From assembly GCA_029251005.1 (NCBI GenBank), contig JAQXEE010000115.1, positions 11,743-75,742 of the forward strand: a stretch of DNA of 64,000 nucleotides, given 5' to 3'. This stretch comes from Flavobacteriales bacterium (GTDB lineage Bacteria > Bacteroidota > Bacteroidia > Flavobacteriales_C > GCA-002722245). The notes under the pieces are model-generated. The model was not told where the DNA came from. It saw nothing but the letters and a program-made list of their open reading frames with translations, and did not search any database. Of this stretch, positions 19,309-29,540 are shown piece after piece. Position 1 is the stretch's first letter. Every line of letters begins with the position of its first letter. Made by a program: the position numbers and the translations under genes.

Positions 19309-20088
19309 ATGATTAAAAGATTTCAATTCATTTTTAGGTATATCAAGTATTGGTTTAAGGCCAAACAAACTTCAACTTCCCCATTTATATCAGTATTAAT
19401 ATCTGACGTTATAAAAAACAACAAGCATTTTTACGCTTTTGAAGAGATTGAAGGCATCCGATCCGCTTTGAAAAACAATCGATCTACCATAAATATCACT
19501 GATTTTGGAGCTGGAAGTAGAATTAATAAATCCAACGAACGTAAAATATCAGATGTCGCAGCTAATTCTGCAAAAGCTCCTTTTTTAGGACGAATCATTT
19601 TTAAACTCATCAATCACTTTCAACCTCAAAACATGATTGAATTGGGAACATCTTTAGGAATATCAGGATGTTATCAAATTGCGCCAAATAAATCAGCAAA
19701 CTTCACAACACTTGAAGGCTGTCCAGAAACGGCCAAAGTTGCTCACCAAGTTCTTTCTAATTTTAAAGCTAAAAACTTAAAAATAAAAGTAGGCGATTTT
19801 GCTAAAACGCTTCCCGAAGTTATCAATACTTACGATCAACTAGATTATGTTTTTTTTGATGGTAATCACCAAAAAAAACCAACATTAGACTATTTTAACT
19901 GGTGTCTTCCAAAAGCACACGAAGGCACCTTATTTATCTTTGATGATATTCACTGGAGTAAGGGTATGGAAGAAGCATGGGAAGAGATTAAAAGCCACCC
20001 TGAAGTTACTTTAACAGTTGATTTATTTTGGATTGGACTTGTATTCTTTAAGAAAGAGAAAGCAAAAAAACATTTCTTAATCAAGTGA
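19309..20088 (+). CDS. Class I SAM-dependent methyltransferase (O-methyltransferase-like)
   Basis: The 259-aa ORF has a DFGAGS / IELGTSLG glycine-rich SAM-binding motif and FDGNH / FDDIHW motifs typical of small class I methyltransferases. Confidence 0.65.
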   Translation: MIKRFQFIFRYIKYWFKAKQTSTSPFISVLISDVIKNNKHFYAFEEIEGIRSALKNNRSTINITDFGAGSRINKSNERKISDVAANSAKAPFLGRIIFKLINHFQPQNMIELGTSLGISGCYQIAPNKSANFTTLEGCPETAKVAHQVLSNFKAKNLKIKVGDFAKTLPEVINTYDQLDYVFFDGNHQKKPTLDYFNWCLPKAHEGTLFIFDDIHWSKGMEEAWEEIKSHPEVTLTVDLFWIGLVFFKKEKAKKHFLIK

Positions 20089-20148
20089 TTTTAAACTCAA
20101 ATCCCCCAGTTAAAACTGAGGGATTAGTATATTTAAGTAGCAGTTTAA

Positions 20149-21405
20149 TTATAAATTAAACGCAGCTTTTACTTTATCTAGGAAATCTAGTTTTTCCCAA
20201 GTAAACAATTCAACCTCCATAGTCTTTTCAGAACCATCAGCTGCAATGAATGTTTTATTTACAACCTCGTTTTTACGTCCCATATGTCCGTAAGCCGCAG
20301 ATTCTAAATACATTGGATTTCTTAACTTCAATCTAGTTTCGATAGCATAAGGACGCATATCAAAAACCTTTTCTACAATCTTAGCAATCTCTCCATCATC
20401 CAATCCAACTTTAGATGTGCCATAAGAATTAATAAAAATACCCATTGGCTCAACAACTCCAATTGCATAAGAAACTTGCACTAAGATCTCATCACAAACA
20501 CCAGCTGCAACTAAGTTTTTAGCGATGTGACGTGTTGCGTAAGCAGCCGACCTATCAACCTTTGAAGGATCTTTTCCTGAAAACGCACCACCACCGTGAG
20601 CGCCCTTTCCACCGTAAGTATCAACTATAATTTTTCTTCCTGTTAAACCAGTATCTCCGTGAGGTCCTCCAATTACAAATTTACCAGTTGGATTAATGTG
20701 GTAAGTAATATCAGCATTAAATAACTTTTGTAAATCAACTGGAAGCTTTGCGATTACACGTGGAATTAAAATGGAAACTATGTCTTCCTTTATTTTAGCT
20801 AACATTGTTGCCTCTGCTGCAAAATCATCATGTTGAGTAGAAAGTACAATTGAATCAATTCTTAACGGAACATTCTTATCAGAATATTCAATCGTTACTT
20901 GAGATTTAGCATCAGGACGTAAATAAGGAATTTGCTTTGATTCCCGTCTTAATTCAGCGTGTTCAATTAAAATTTTATGAGATAAATCTAATGCTAAAGG
21001 CATGTAGTTTTCTGTCTCCCTAGTAGCATAACCAAACATCATTCCTTGGTCACCAGCTCCTTGCTCTTCAGGATCAGCTCTATCAACTCCTTGATTAATA
21101 TCTTCAGACTGTTCGTGAATTGCGGATAAAACCCCACATGAATTTGCCTCGAACATATATTCCGACTTCGTATATCCAATTTTCTTAATTACATCACGTG
21201 CAATTCGTTGAACATCTAAGTAAGTTTTTGATTTAACCTCACCGGCTAAAACAACTTGCCCAGTAGTAACAAGTGTTTCACAAGCAACCTTTGATTCTTT
21301 ATCAAAAGCTAGAAAGTTATCAATCAGCGCATCAGAAATTTGATCTGCGATTTTATCTGGGTGTCCTTCTGAAACAGATTCAGAAGTAAATAAATAATTT
21401 GCCAT
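20149..21405 (-). CDS. metK: S-adenosylmethionine synthetase
   Basis: The 418-aa ORF has [17 protein letters not shown] and GGGAFSGKD signature motifs. Confidence 0.95.
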   Translation of the reverse strand: MANYLFTSESVSEGHPDKIADQISDALIDNFLAFDKESKVACETLVTTGQVVLAGEVKSKTYLDVQRIARDVIKKIGYTKSEYMFEANSCGVLSAIHEQSEDINQGVDRADPEEQGAGDQGMMFGYATRETENYMPLALDLSHKILIEHAELRRESKQIPYLRPDAKSQVTIEYSDKNVPLRIDSIVLSTQHDDFAAEATMLAKIKEDIVSILIPRVIAKLPVDLQKLFNADITYHINPTGKFVIGGPHGDTGLTGRKIIVDTYGGKGAHGGGAFSGKDPSKVDRSAAYATRHIAKNLVAAGVCDEILVQVSYAIGVVEPMGIFINSYGTSKVGLDDGEIAKIVEKVFDMRPYAIETRLKLRNPMYLESAAYGHMGRKNEVVNKTFIAADGSEKTMEVELFTWEKLDFLDKVKAAFNL

Positions 21406-21432
21406 CCTAAATAATTGGTCCTGTAAAAATAG

Positions 21433-22338
21433 TTAATCCTTAGTTAAGTTTTGGAATACATCTTCCATTTTCTGCTCTCGTTTTTGCATACTTAAGACTA
21501 AGTTGTTATTATCGATTGCAAATTGTGAAATTTGCGGCCTAACATCCGAATTTTCTTCACTATAAATTTCGAACTTATTATCACCTAAATCAATAATTCG
21601 ATTTACTGTATTTATTAATCTTAATTTGTTAATATCGATAGATTTTTCAAATTCAATTTCAATAATCACCTCTGAAGTTCCTTGTTGTAAAGCTTCTATT
21701 TGATTATCGGCAACAATTTCACCGTTCTTTATAATAATAGCTCGATCACAAATAGCTTCCACTTCTTGCATTATGTGTGTGGAGAGCATAATTGTTTTCG
21801 TTGCTCCAATATCCTTAATCAGTACTCTAATTTCTTTTAATTGATTTGGATCTAAACCTGTTGTGGGTTCATCCAAAATTAGCACTTCAGGATCATGAAT
21901 TAAAGCAGCTGCTAATCCTACTCGTTGGCGATACCCTTTAGAAAGTTGTTTGATTTTCTTGGTCTTCTCAGGAGTTAAACCTGTTAACTCAATCATTTCA
22001 TTCACTCTCTCCTTTTTATTTTTAATCTTATGAATATCAGCGATAAATGCAAGAAACTCTCTCACATACATATCCAAGTAAAGGGGATTGTGCTCAGGTA
22101 AGTAACCAATTTTCTTTCGGGACTCAATCGAGTTGTTAATTACATCAATTCCACAAACCTTAACTTCTCCTTCACTTTGTGTGATAAAACTGGTTAAGAT
22201 TTTCATCATCGTAGATTTCCCAGCTCCATTGGGACCTAAAAAGCCAACTACTTCACCTGTCCCAATTTCAAAAGAAACGTTATTTAGAGCCTTTTGGCTT
22301 CCATATATTTTTGAAACTCCTTTTACAGATACTGACAT
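21433..22338 (-). CDS. gldA: ABC transporter ATP-binding protein; strong resemblance to gliding-motility GldA
   Basis: The protein has Walker A GPNGAGKSTMMKILT, an LSKGYRQRVGLAAAL signature and Walker B ILDEPTTGLD. The block GYLPEHNPLYLDMYVREFLAF matches my recollection of F. johnsoniae GldA. Its 301-aa length is similar to GldA (298 aa). Confidence 0.7.
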   Translation of the reverse strand: MSVSVKGVSKIYGSQKALNNVSFEIGTGEVVGFLGPNGAGKSTMMKILTSFITQSEGEVKVCGIDVINNSIESRKKIGYLPEHNPLYLDMYVREFLAFIADIHKIKNKKERVNEMIELTGLTPEKTKKIKQLSKGYRQRVGLAAALIHDPEVLILDEPTTGLDPNQLKEIRVLIKDIGATKTIMLSTHIMQEVEAICDRAIIIKNGEIVADNQIEALQQGTSEVIIEIEFEKSIDINKLRLINTVNRIIDLGDNKFEIYSEENSDVRPQISQFAIDNNNLVLSMQKREQKMEDVFQNLTKD

Positions 22339-22463
22339 CTTTTGTTAATTTACTGTGCGTGAATAATTATGAGATTGTTCACTATTGATGACTAAAATAA
22401 AAATAAACTTCCCTAATCGCTAATTACGAGCGACTATTGACTTAATTAAGTATTTTTGCAACA

Positions 22464-23390
22464 ATGAATGGACTGGTTTATAAATCAACTGGAAGTTGGT
22501 ATAAGGTACGCGGTATTGATGGAGACACTATAGACTGTAGGCTACAAGGAAAGTTTAGAATTAAAGGATTAAAAGTAACTAACCCTGTCTCTGTTGGTGA
22601 TACTGTTGAATTTAAAACAGAAGAAAACAAGAATACGGGTGTAATTACCAAAATTAAAGAACGAACGAATTATCTTATTCGTAAATCGGTTAATCTTTCT
22701 AAGCAATACCATATTCTAGCCTCCAATATTGATCAGGCCGTTATAATGGCTACCATTACTCAACCTGAAACTCCTATTGAATTTATTGATCGTTTCTTAG
22801 TAACTACAACGGCATATAATATCCCAACAACCATTCTTATTAATAAGTTGGATGTTTATGAAGAGCAGCATTTAGAGCAATTAGCCGATTGGGCTGCTAT
22901 ATATGAAGATGTTGGTTATAAACTTATTCCAATAAGTGTTGACAAGAATATCAACTTAGATAAAGTTGAGGCTTTATTAAAAGGTAAACGAACTGTTATG
23001 TCTGGAAATAGTGGCGTTGGAAAAAGTAGTTTATTGCAAAACTTATTACCTGATGAAAATATTGCAATAAGTGAAATATCTGAAATGCATCAACAAGGCG
23101 TGCACACAACTACTTTTGCAGAAATGTACGATTTACCTTTTGGCGGAAACTTAATTGACACCCCTGGTATCAGAGGTTTAGGAATTGTTGATATTAAAAA
23201 AGAAGAGCTAGCAAACTTTTTCCCTGATTTATTACGCTTTAAATCAGGTTGCAAGTTTAACAACTGTGTACATATTAAAGAGCCTCATTGTGCTGTGAAA
23301 TCAGCACTTAATGAGGGCGTCATAGCTCCTGAACGTTATAATAGTTACTTAAGTATTTATAATAACGACGAAGAAGAAAACTATCGTTAA
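22464..23390 (+). CDS. rsgA: Ribosome small subunit-dependent GTPase A
   Basis: The protein has an N-terminal OB fold, a circularly permuted GTPase (NKLD before GNSGVGKSSLLN), and a C-terminal Zn finger (CKFNNCVHIKEPHC). Confidence 0.9.
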   Translation: MNGLVYKSTGSWYKVRGIDGDTIDCRLQGKFRIKGLKVTNPVSVGDTVEFKTEENKNTGVITKIKERTNYLIRKSVNLSKQYHILASNIDQAVIMATITQPETPIEFIDRFLVTTTAYNIPTTILINKLDVYEEQHLEQLADWAAIYEDVGYKLIPISVDKNINLDKVEALLKGKRTVMSGNSGVGKSSLLQNLLPDENIAISEISEMHQQGVHTTTFAEMYDLPFGGNLIDTPGIRGLGIVDIKKEELANFFPDLLRFKSGCKFNNCVHIKEPHCAVKSALNEGVIAPERYNSYLSIYNNDEEENYR

Positions 23391-23842
23391 TGAGAGTAAC
23401 TATTCAAAGAGTATTAGAGGCTTCTGTAAAAGTTGAGGGTGAAATAATTGGAGAGATTAAAAAAGGCTTGTTGATCTTTTTGGGAATAGAAGATGCTGAC
23501 TCTTTTCAAGACATTGAATGGTTAACATCTAAAATAAGTAAACTTCGTATTTTCCCTGATGATAAAGCTGCAATGAATCAATCTGCTTTGGATATTGATG
23601 CAGAGTTTTTAGTTGTTAGCCAGTTTACTTTATTCGCAACAACACAAAAAGGAAATCGACCAAGTTTTACTCGATCAGGAAACCCAAAATTTGCACAGAA
23701 AATGTGTGCAGATTTTGTAAATGAATTATCAAAAAAAACAAGGAAAGTAGCCCAAACAGGAAAGTTTGGTGCAGACATGCAGGTTGCATTAATTAATGAT
23801 GGCCCTGTAACGATTAACATCGATTCTAAAAGTAGAGGATAG
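23390..23842 (+). CDS. dtd: D-aminoacyl-tRNA deacylase
   Basis: The 150-aa ORF has an SQFTLFA motif and a C-terminal NDGPVT motif. Confidence 0.9.
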   Translation: MRVTIQRVLEASVKVEGEIIGEIKKGLLIFLGIEDADSFQDIEWLTSKISKLRIFPDDKAAMNQSALDIDAEFLVVSQFTLFATTQKGNRPSFTRSGNPKFAQKMCADFVNELSKKTRKVAQTGKFGADMQVALINDGPVTINIDSKSRG

Positions 23843-23906
23843 TACTTACTAAATGTCATTAGGAAATTAGACTTAAAAAAGTATTTTTGTACAAACCCAA
23901 CGCATT

Positions 23907-24320
23907 ATGAAAGTTTTAATCATCAACGGTCCTAACTTAAATTTACTTGGAAAGCGTGAACCAGAAGTTTACGGTTCAGCAACGTTTGAAGAATACTTTC
24001 AAGAAGTAAAAGCGAAGTTTCCTACAATGGAGCTTTCTTATTACCAAAGTAACATTGAGGGTGAATTAATTGATAAAATTCACGAGGTTGGTTTTAGTTA
24101 TGACGGTATTGTTATCAATGCAGGAGCCTACACTCATACCTCTGTTGCTTTAAGAGATGCTATTTCAGGAATTGAAACGCCTGTTATTGAGGTTCATATT
24201 TCCAACACGCATCAAAGAGAAGAGTTCCGTCATCATTCTTACATTTCCCCTGTTTGCAAAGGGGTGATACTAGGGTTCGGATTAAACTCTTACCGATTAG
24301 CGTTAGAAAGTTTTAAATAA
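23907..24320 (+). CDS. aroQ: Type II 3-dehydroquinate dehydratase
   Basis: The 137-aa ORF has LIINGPNLNLLGKREPEVYG and HISN motifs. Confidence 0.92.
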   Translation: MKVLIINGPNLNLLGKREPEVYGSATFEEYFQEVKAKFPTMELSYYQSNIEGELIDKIHEVGFSYDGIVINAGAYTHTSVALRDAISGIETPVIEVHISNTHQREEFRHHSYISPVCKGVILGFGLNSYRLALESFK

Positions 24321-25308
24321 TCTTACGCTTAAACTTACCAAATATTCCCACTAAGAATATTCCTGTTAAACAACTAAAACAGGCTATTGTACCAAGTGCT
24401 CCGCCAAAGCCGTCAAGAACATCATTTAATATAAAATATATAATTCCAAAAAGACCTCCACTCAGAATAAGTGTTATCCAATTTAACGCTTTGGAACTCG
24501 ACATACCCACAAAACTAGCCCCGAAAAAAACTGCGGGTACTAACTCTGTTAATCCTGAAAAATTAATTACTTCAAAAGGAATGCTAAATATTAGCGATGT
24601 TATTGCTGAAGCTTTTAACGCCCCCCAATTCTTATAATTATTTAGCCAATAAACAAGTACAGAAGTTGTAATCGAAATAGTTGTCACTATCATGAATTTT
24701 GCAGCAAAAGAAAGTCCCGAAAGTAGACTTAAAGAGAAGCAATTGGTATAACTTATAACACCCAAAGAAGGTAATTCATTCCAAAATAAAAAGGCAAGCG
24801 CGTACACAGAAAGTGATCCAAAACCTATAGAACCTAGTTTCCCTCCTAACCCCAAGAAATTATTCCTTAAGATATAAAATGAAATTCCTCCAATAATTCC
24901 ACACAACCAAATTTCGTTGGGAAAAGAAAACTTATTTAACGATGCCATGCCTGCGAATGAACCTGCATAAAGTGTTAATTTTTCATACTTAATCAATCGG
25001 GCTATTCGTGAGCCTTTCTCAGGAATAATTCCAACAACAGTTCCTAAAAAAGCAGATGCAAAAACACTTGATACATCGAGTGTTAACCGAATAAGTATTG
25101 TGATATAAATCCCTAGTGTAAAGGCAATAAACGTTTTGAGTAATGATTTTATGTCCCAATCTACTCTTGTGTACTCAAGTTTTGAATATGCAAAAAATGG
25201 AACTAGTCCAAATAGTGTCCACCAACCAAAATGAGGCAGGACAATTACACTTAGAAATAGTAAATGAAAAAAACCTAATGTTAATATTGGAAGTACTTTA
25301 CCTAACAT
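24313..25308 (-). CDS. Polytopic membrane protein of unknown function. Its start codon overlaps the nadE stop (TAATG), so it is co-transcribed with nadE.
   Basis: The 331-aa ORF has roughly 9-10 predicted TM helices and an internal two-fold repeat hint (GSFAGMASL / GASFVGMSSS). Confidence 0.5.
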   Translation of the reverse strand: MLGKVLPILTLGFFHLLFLSVIVLPHFGWWTLFGLVPFFAYSKLEYTRVDWDIKSLLKTFIAFTLGIYITILIRLTLDVSSVFASAFLGTVVGIIPEKGSRIARLIKYEKLTLYAGSFAGMASLNKFSFPNEIWLCGIIGGISFYILRNNFLGLGGKLGSIGFGSLSVYALAFLFWNELPSLGVISYTNCFSLSLLSGLSFAAKFMIVTTISITTSVLVYWLNNYKNWGALKASAITSLIFSIPFEVINFSGLTELVPAVFFGASFVGMSSSKALNWITLILSGGLFGIIYFILNDVLDGFGGALGTIACFSCLTGIFLVGIFGKFKRKII

Positions 25309-26945
25309 TAAAGTAAATACTTAGCAACAATAGGCATACGTCTTCCCATTCCAAAAGCTTTATGACTAACTCGTAAAATTGGAGGTGTTTGATATCTTTT
25401 ATATTCGTTAATATTAACCATTTTTAGAATTCTGGAAACCAATACTTCATCGTGACCTAAAGCAACTAATTCTCTTGGACCTTTTCTATTTTCTATGTAC
25501 TCAAAAAGTACCGCATCTAAAACATCATAGTCAGGCAATGAATCACTATCCTTTTGATCTGGACGAAGCTCTGCGGAAGGTGGCTTTACAATTGTATTTT
25601 CAGGAATAACTTCTTCATCCTTATTAATATATCGTGCTAACTCAAAAACTTCAGTTTTATAAACATCGCCTAAAACGGCAAGTCCCCCACACATATCTCC
25701 GTAAAGTGTACCGTAACCAACTGCAGCCTCGCTTTTATTAGAAGTATTCAATACAATATGTCCGAACTTATTAGAAGCAGCCATTACTAAAACTCCACGA
25801 ATTCTAGCTTGAAGATTTTCTTCCGCCAATCCAAAAGGTAAGCCTTTAAAAATTGGGTTTAACTTTTCATCGTAAGCATCATAAATATCCTTAATAGCAA
25901 TTACATCATAGGGGGCTCCGATATTCTCTGCCAAAGCCTTTGCGTCGTCAACCGAATGATCAGAAGAGTATTGAGAAGGCATTAATACACCATACACATT
26001 ATCCGATCCTAAAGCTCTTGCCGCTAATGCAAAAGTAACTGCGGAATCAATTCCACCACTAAGTCCTACAATCGCTTTTTTAAAACCTAATTTTTTAAAA
26101 TAATCCCTAATTCCTAATAAAAGTCCATCATGAATTAATTGTATTTTATTGCCTGATTGTATTGAACCTGATTTAAATTCTCCCGATGATATTTGTAACT
26201 CATTAATAATTAATGACTCTTCAAAAAATACTTCTTGAGAAGCAACCTCCCCATTTTTATTCATAAAAAACGATCCTCCATCAAATATGAGTTCTGTTTG
26301 AGCACCCACATGATTACAATAAACGATCGGCAATCCTGTTTTTTGAGCATTCTCCCTTAAAACAACTTTTCGTTCAACATCTTGCTGATATGAAAATGGT
26401 GATGCGGCTATGTTTACAATTAACTTCGCTCCTTTATCTTTTAAAGCTAAGGCTGGAGTTTGAGTATACAGAGGATTATTTCCGACATTCCATAAATCTT
26501 CGCAAATCGCAATTCCTACTTGAACACCTTTAATTTCAACTACTTCAAATGCTCTGTTTGGCTCGAAATAACGATACTCGTCAAAAATGTCATAAGTTGG
26601 TAATAAGGTTTTATGAATGTGTTTTTGCACTTTACCGTCACTTAAAATAAAAGCTGAATTAAATAACGGTTTACCATGCCCTGTTTCGTTCCTACTTGGA
26701 GCGCCAACAATCACAGAAATCCCCCGAGTGTGAGAAGCTATTTCATCTACCGAATCCAAACAAGAGTTGATAAAATCGTTAAATTCCAAAAAATCCCTTG
26801 GAGGATAACCGCATACCGCCAATTCTGAAAACACAATTAAATCGACACCTTCATTTTTAGCATCTTGAATTTTATTGATTATTTTTTGAGTGTTGGATTC
26901 GAAGTTTCCAACATGGAAGTTAAGTTGAGCTACTGCAATTTTCAT
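25308..26945 (-). CDS. nadE: Glutamine-dependent NAD+ synthetase (N-terminal nitrilase/CN-hydrolase domain plus C-terminal NAD synthase domain)
   Basis: The 545-aa ORF has a CN hydrolase E-K-C triad region (FSELAVCGYPP...ICED), an SGGIDS PP-loop, and an NTSNKSE motif. Confidence 0.92.
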   Translation of the reverse strand: MKIAVAQLNFHVGNFESNTQKIINKIQDAKNEGVDLIVFSELAVCGYPPRDFLEFNDFINSCLDSVDEIASHTRGISVIVGAPSRNETGHGKPLFNSAFILSDGKVQKHIHKTLLPTYDIFDEYRYFEPNRAFEVVEIKGVQVGIAICEDLWNVGNNPLYTQTPALALKDKGAKLIVNIAASPFSYQQDVERKVVLRENAQKTGLPIVYCNHVGAQTELIFDGGSFFMNKNGEVASQEVFFEESLIINELQISSGEFKSGSIQSGNKIQLIHDGLLLGIRDYFKKLGFKKAIVGLSGGIDSAVTFALAARALGSDNVYGVLMPSQYSSDHSVDDAKALAENIGAPYDVIAIKDIYDAYDEKLNPIFKGLPFGLAEENLQARIRGVLVMAASNKFGHIVLNTSNKSEAAVGYGTLYGDMCGGLAVLGDVYKTEVFELARYINKDEEVIPENTIVKPPSAELRPDQKDSDSLPDYDVLDAVLFEYIENRKGPRELVALGHDEVLVSRILKMVNINEYKRYQTPPILRVSHKAFGMGRRMPIVAKYLL

Positions 26946-26971
26946 AACTGTAAAATTAAGTATTTAGAAAC

Positions 26972-27006
26972 AAAAAAGGTGCTACCGTTGGCAGCACCTT
27001 TTTTAA
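26972..27006 (-). terminator. Rho-independent terminator downstream of the OMP gene, with bidirectional A/T flanks
   Basis: The sequence is aaaaaaggtgctaccgttggcagcaccttttttaa. Confidence 0.5.
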
Positions 27007-27021
27007 TTAAACTATTTTAAT

Positions 27022-27801
27022 TTAAAACTGAATTCCAATAGTTGCAGTAATATAATTCAATTTAGTAGCTCTTTGAAACTCTTTACCAGTAGTGATGTAA
27101 CTGATTGATTTCGATCTATTACTTAAAATATTACTCAGTGGGAAATTTCCATTTAACCCCATTAATAATGATGTATTACCTGCCAAATTATATTCAACTC
27201 CAACTCCAACATTAATTGCTGCTCTCAAAAAATTAGATTCTTTATTCGCATCTAACTTCTTTGTATCACCTGATAACGATGTTATTGTTTGATCTCCATC
27301 TTCTTTGAAAACATCATTCTTTTTTGCAAAAGCTCCTGTAATAATATTAATTGTTGTTCCAAATTCACCGTAGTAAGTTAAATAACCAATTTCAGGAGTT
27401 GTTAACTTTAACTTCAATGGAATATCAATAGAATTAAATAAATATCTTCTTGAAAGTAATTGAAAAGCAGAATCCGGAACGTCAACTCCGGCAACTGAAG
27501 TAGACCAATCTAAACCAACAGAATCAAGGTATTCGACTCCTGCAGTAGTTTGTGAAAACATTACTCCTGTTGAAATTGCAAAATTTTTCGCAAAAGCGTA
27601 TTCATAATTTAAACCTCCGGAGATATGATATCCAAGCGATTTGTTTTTTGAACCGTCCTTTCCCATTGTAAAATAAGAAGCGCCAGGCGCTACTTGTAAA
27701 CCAAAACGGTGCTTTCTATAATCCGATCCGCTTGTTGCGTCTTGAGCAAATGAAACCGTTGAAATTGCTAATATTAATAGGGTTGTAATATTTTTTGTCA
27801 T
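27022..27801 (-). CDS. Outer-membrane beta-barrel protein (porin / OmpA-like barrel family)
   Basis: The 259-aa ORF has a signal peptide ending SFAQ, alternating amphipathic beta-strand pattern, and a C-terminal aromatic residue (…TIGIQF). Confidence 0.65.
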   Translation of the reverse strand: MTKNITTLLILAISTVSFAQDATSGSDYRKHRFGLQVAPGASYFTMGKDGSKNKSLGYHISGGLNYEYAFAKNFAISTGVMFSQTTAGVEYLDSVGLDWSTSVAGVDVPDSAFQLLSRRYLFNSIDIPLKLKLTTPEIGYLTYYGEFGTTINIITGAFAKKNDVFKEDGDQTITSLSGDTKKLDANKESNFLRAAINVGVGVEYNLAGNTSLLMGLNGNFPLSNILSNRSKSISYITTGKEFQRATKLNYITATIGIQF

Positions 27802-27866
27802 AATTATCAGTTTATTAAAAAGTCACTATTCAAATAAAATTAAACTCTTTTAAGTTAATTACTTAA

Positions 27867-28895
27867 TTGAACGTTAACTTTGTAAAATTAAATAAAGCAT
27901 TCGATAGTTATATGAAGAACGCAGTTATTTTGTTTTTATTTGCCATTAGTTTGTTGTCTTCATGCACAGAGGAAAGGCTAAACATAGACACTTCGGGTAT
28001 AGATGTACACCTTAATTTTAAACATTACGAACAAGATTTATTTACAATTAATAGAAATAATATTGAACGTTCACTCGATGAACTATCTCTAAAACACCCT
28101 ATTTTCATAAGCGGTGATTACAAAAATCCTTCCGAAATTCATGAATTAAATACTTATTTAAACAATGAATTAAATACTAAACTATTTAAGGATTGGCAAA
28201 CTAAAATAGGAACTTACGATGCAATAGAAACTGAATTAAACAAAGCTTTTAGTTATTTTAAACACTACTACCCAAACGATTCAAACCCTTCTATTTACAC
28301 TTATATTTCTGGTGTTAATTATGAAAAACCAATAATTATTAAAAATAACAACATTATTATTGGAATTGATATGTTTTACGGGAAGAACTATAAAGCATAT
28401 CAGCAATTAAAAATCCCGCAATACCTCTCTAAGAGTTACGATAAAAAGTACATTACTCCTATTGTATTTAGGGAATTTATAACTCAAAAATTCGCTCCTT
28501 TTTTAGCTGGAAAAACGATGTTGGATAATATGATTTCTCTTGGGAAGGTTGAATACTTCATAGAAGCGGTTACCCCTCAATTGCAGGACTCTATTCGATT
28601 TCAGTTCACAACTTCACAAATGAATTGGTGTTACGGGCATGAAAGAGCATTTTGGAAGCACCTAACAATTAAAGGACTTCTTTTCTCAAACGATTACCAT
28701 GCTTACAAACGTTTTTTGCAACCGGGACCTTTTGCCTCTTCGATGGAACGCGAATCACCTGCTCGAATTGGAATTTATATAGGATATCGTATTGTAAAAG
28801 ACTTTATGGATAAAAATACTGAGGTTAGTTTAAACGAATTAATGACAAATACCGATTTTACGGCTATTTTTAAAGCTTCAAAATATAACCCATAA
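27867..28895 (+). CDS. gldB: GldB-like gliding motility lipoprotein
   Basis: The 342-aa ORF has a lipobox (LLSSCTEE). It is immediately followed (3-nt gap) by a ~110-aa ORF, matching the gldB-gldC operon architecture of F. johnsoniae. Assignment is by architecture and size, not verified by alignment. Confidence 0.5.
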   Translation: MNVNFVKLNKAFDSYMKNAVILFLFAISLLSSCTEERLNIDTSGIDVHLNFKHYEQDLFTINRNNIERSLDELSLKHPIFISGDYKNPSEIHELNTYLNNELNTKLFKDWQTKIGTYDAIETELNKAFSYFKHYYPNDSNPSIYTYISGVNYEKPIIIKNNNIIIGIDMFYGKNYKAYQQLKIPQYLSKSYDKKYITPIVFREFITQKFAPFLAGKTMLDNMISLGKVEYFIEAVTPQLQDSIRFQFTTSQMNWCYGHERAFWKHLTIKGLLFSNDYHAYKRFLQPGPFASSMERESPARIGIYIGYRIVKDFMDKNTEVSLNELMTNTDFTAIFKASKYNP

Positions 28896-28898
28896 GAT

Positions 28899-29234
28899 AT
28901 GAGCGAAAAAAAAGAAATTAAATTCACAGTTAGTTTAGATGAAAACCATATTCCTGAAAAAATTGAATGGACAGCATCTGAAGGTGGTGGTGTTGAAAAC
29001 GAAGAGATCAAGGCAATGATGATTTCTGTTTGGGAACCAACGGAAAGAATTGCAAAACGTGTTGATCTTTGGACAAAGGACATGATGGTTGATGAAATGA
29101 AATACTATCATTTTCAGACATTAATGACACTGGCAGATACATTAGAACGATCAACTGGTGAAAATACTATTGCTAAAAAAATGCGTGATTTTGGAATGGA
29201 AATCGGAAAAGAAATGAAAATTCTCACGAAATAA
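28899..29234 (+). CDS. gldC: GldC-like small soluble protein
   Basis: The 111-aa cytoplasmic-type ORF sits directly downstream of the gldB-like gene. Confidence 0.45.
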   Translation: MSEKKEIKFTVSLDENHIPEKIEWTASEGGGVENEEIKAMMISVWEPTERIAKRVDLWTKDMMVDEMKYYHFQTLMTLADTLERSTGENTIAKKMRDFGMEIGKEMKILTK

Positions 29235-29253
29235 ATTATAATAATTGTAAAGG

Positions 29254-29295
29254 CTGGACAAGCTATCTGTACTAACTTGTCCAGTTTGTAAATTT
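29254..29295 (+). terminator. Rho-independent terminator after the gldB/gldC-like pair
   Basis: A 9-bp stem pairs ctggacaag with cttgtccag around a 13-nt loop, followed by tttgtaaattt. Confidence 0.6.
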
Positions 29296-29540
29296 ATCCG
29301 AAAATCTCGCCTCAATCAATGCAAAAAGGAAGCTGATAAACTATCTTAATCACAATAAAGAATTTGAAAAAATTAGCAATCGACAACTGAAATTAATAAT
29401 ACAATTCCAAGTTTTAAAATTGCCTTTTATTTTAGAATCAAAAAAATAATATCAATTATTAATCAAGTTATAGCGCTTATTTTACAGCAATTATCCTCTG
29501 TTTAGTTTCAAAAACAAAATGAAGGAGTTAACTTTGACTT

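Noticed and set aside
21406-21432. Looked for a SAM riboswitch upstream of metK
   Set aside because: Only 27 bp separate metK from the upstream gldA-like gene, which is far too short for a SAM-I/SAM-II aptamer. metK is probably co-transcribed or has a minimal leader.
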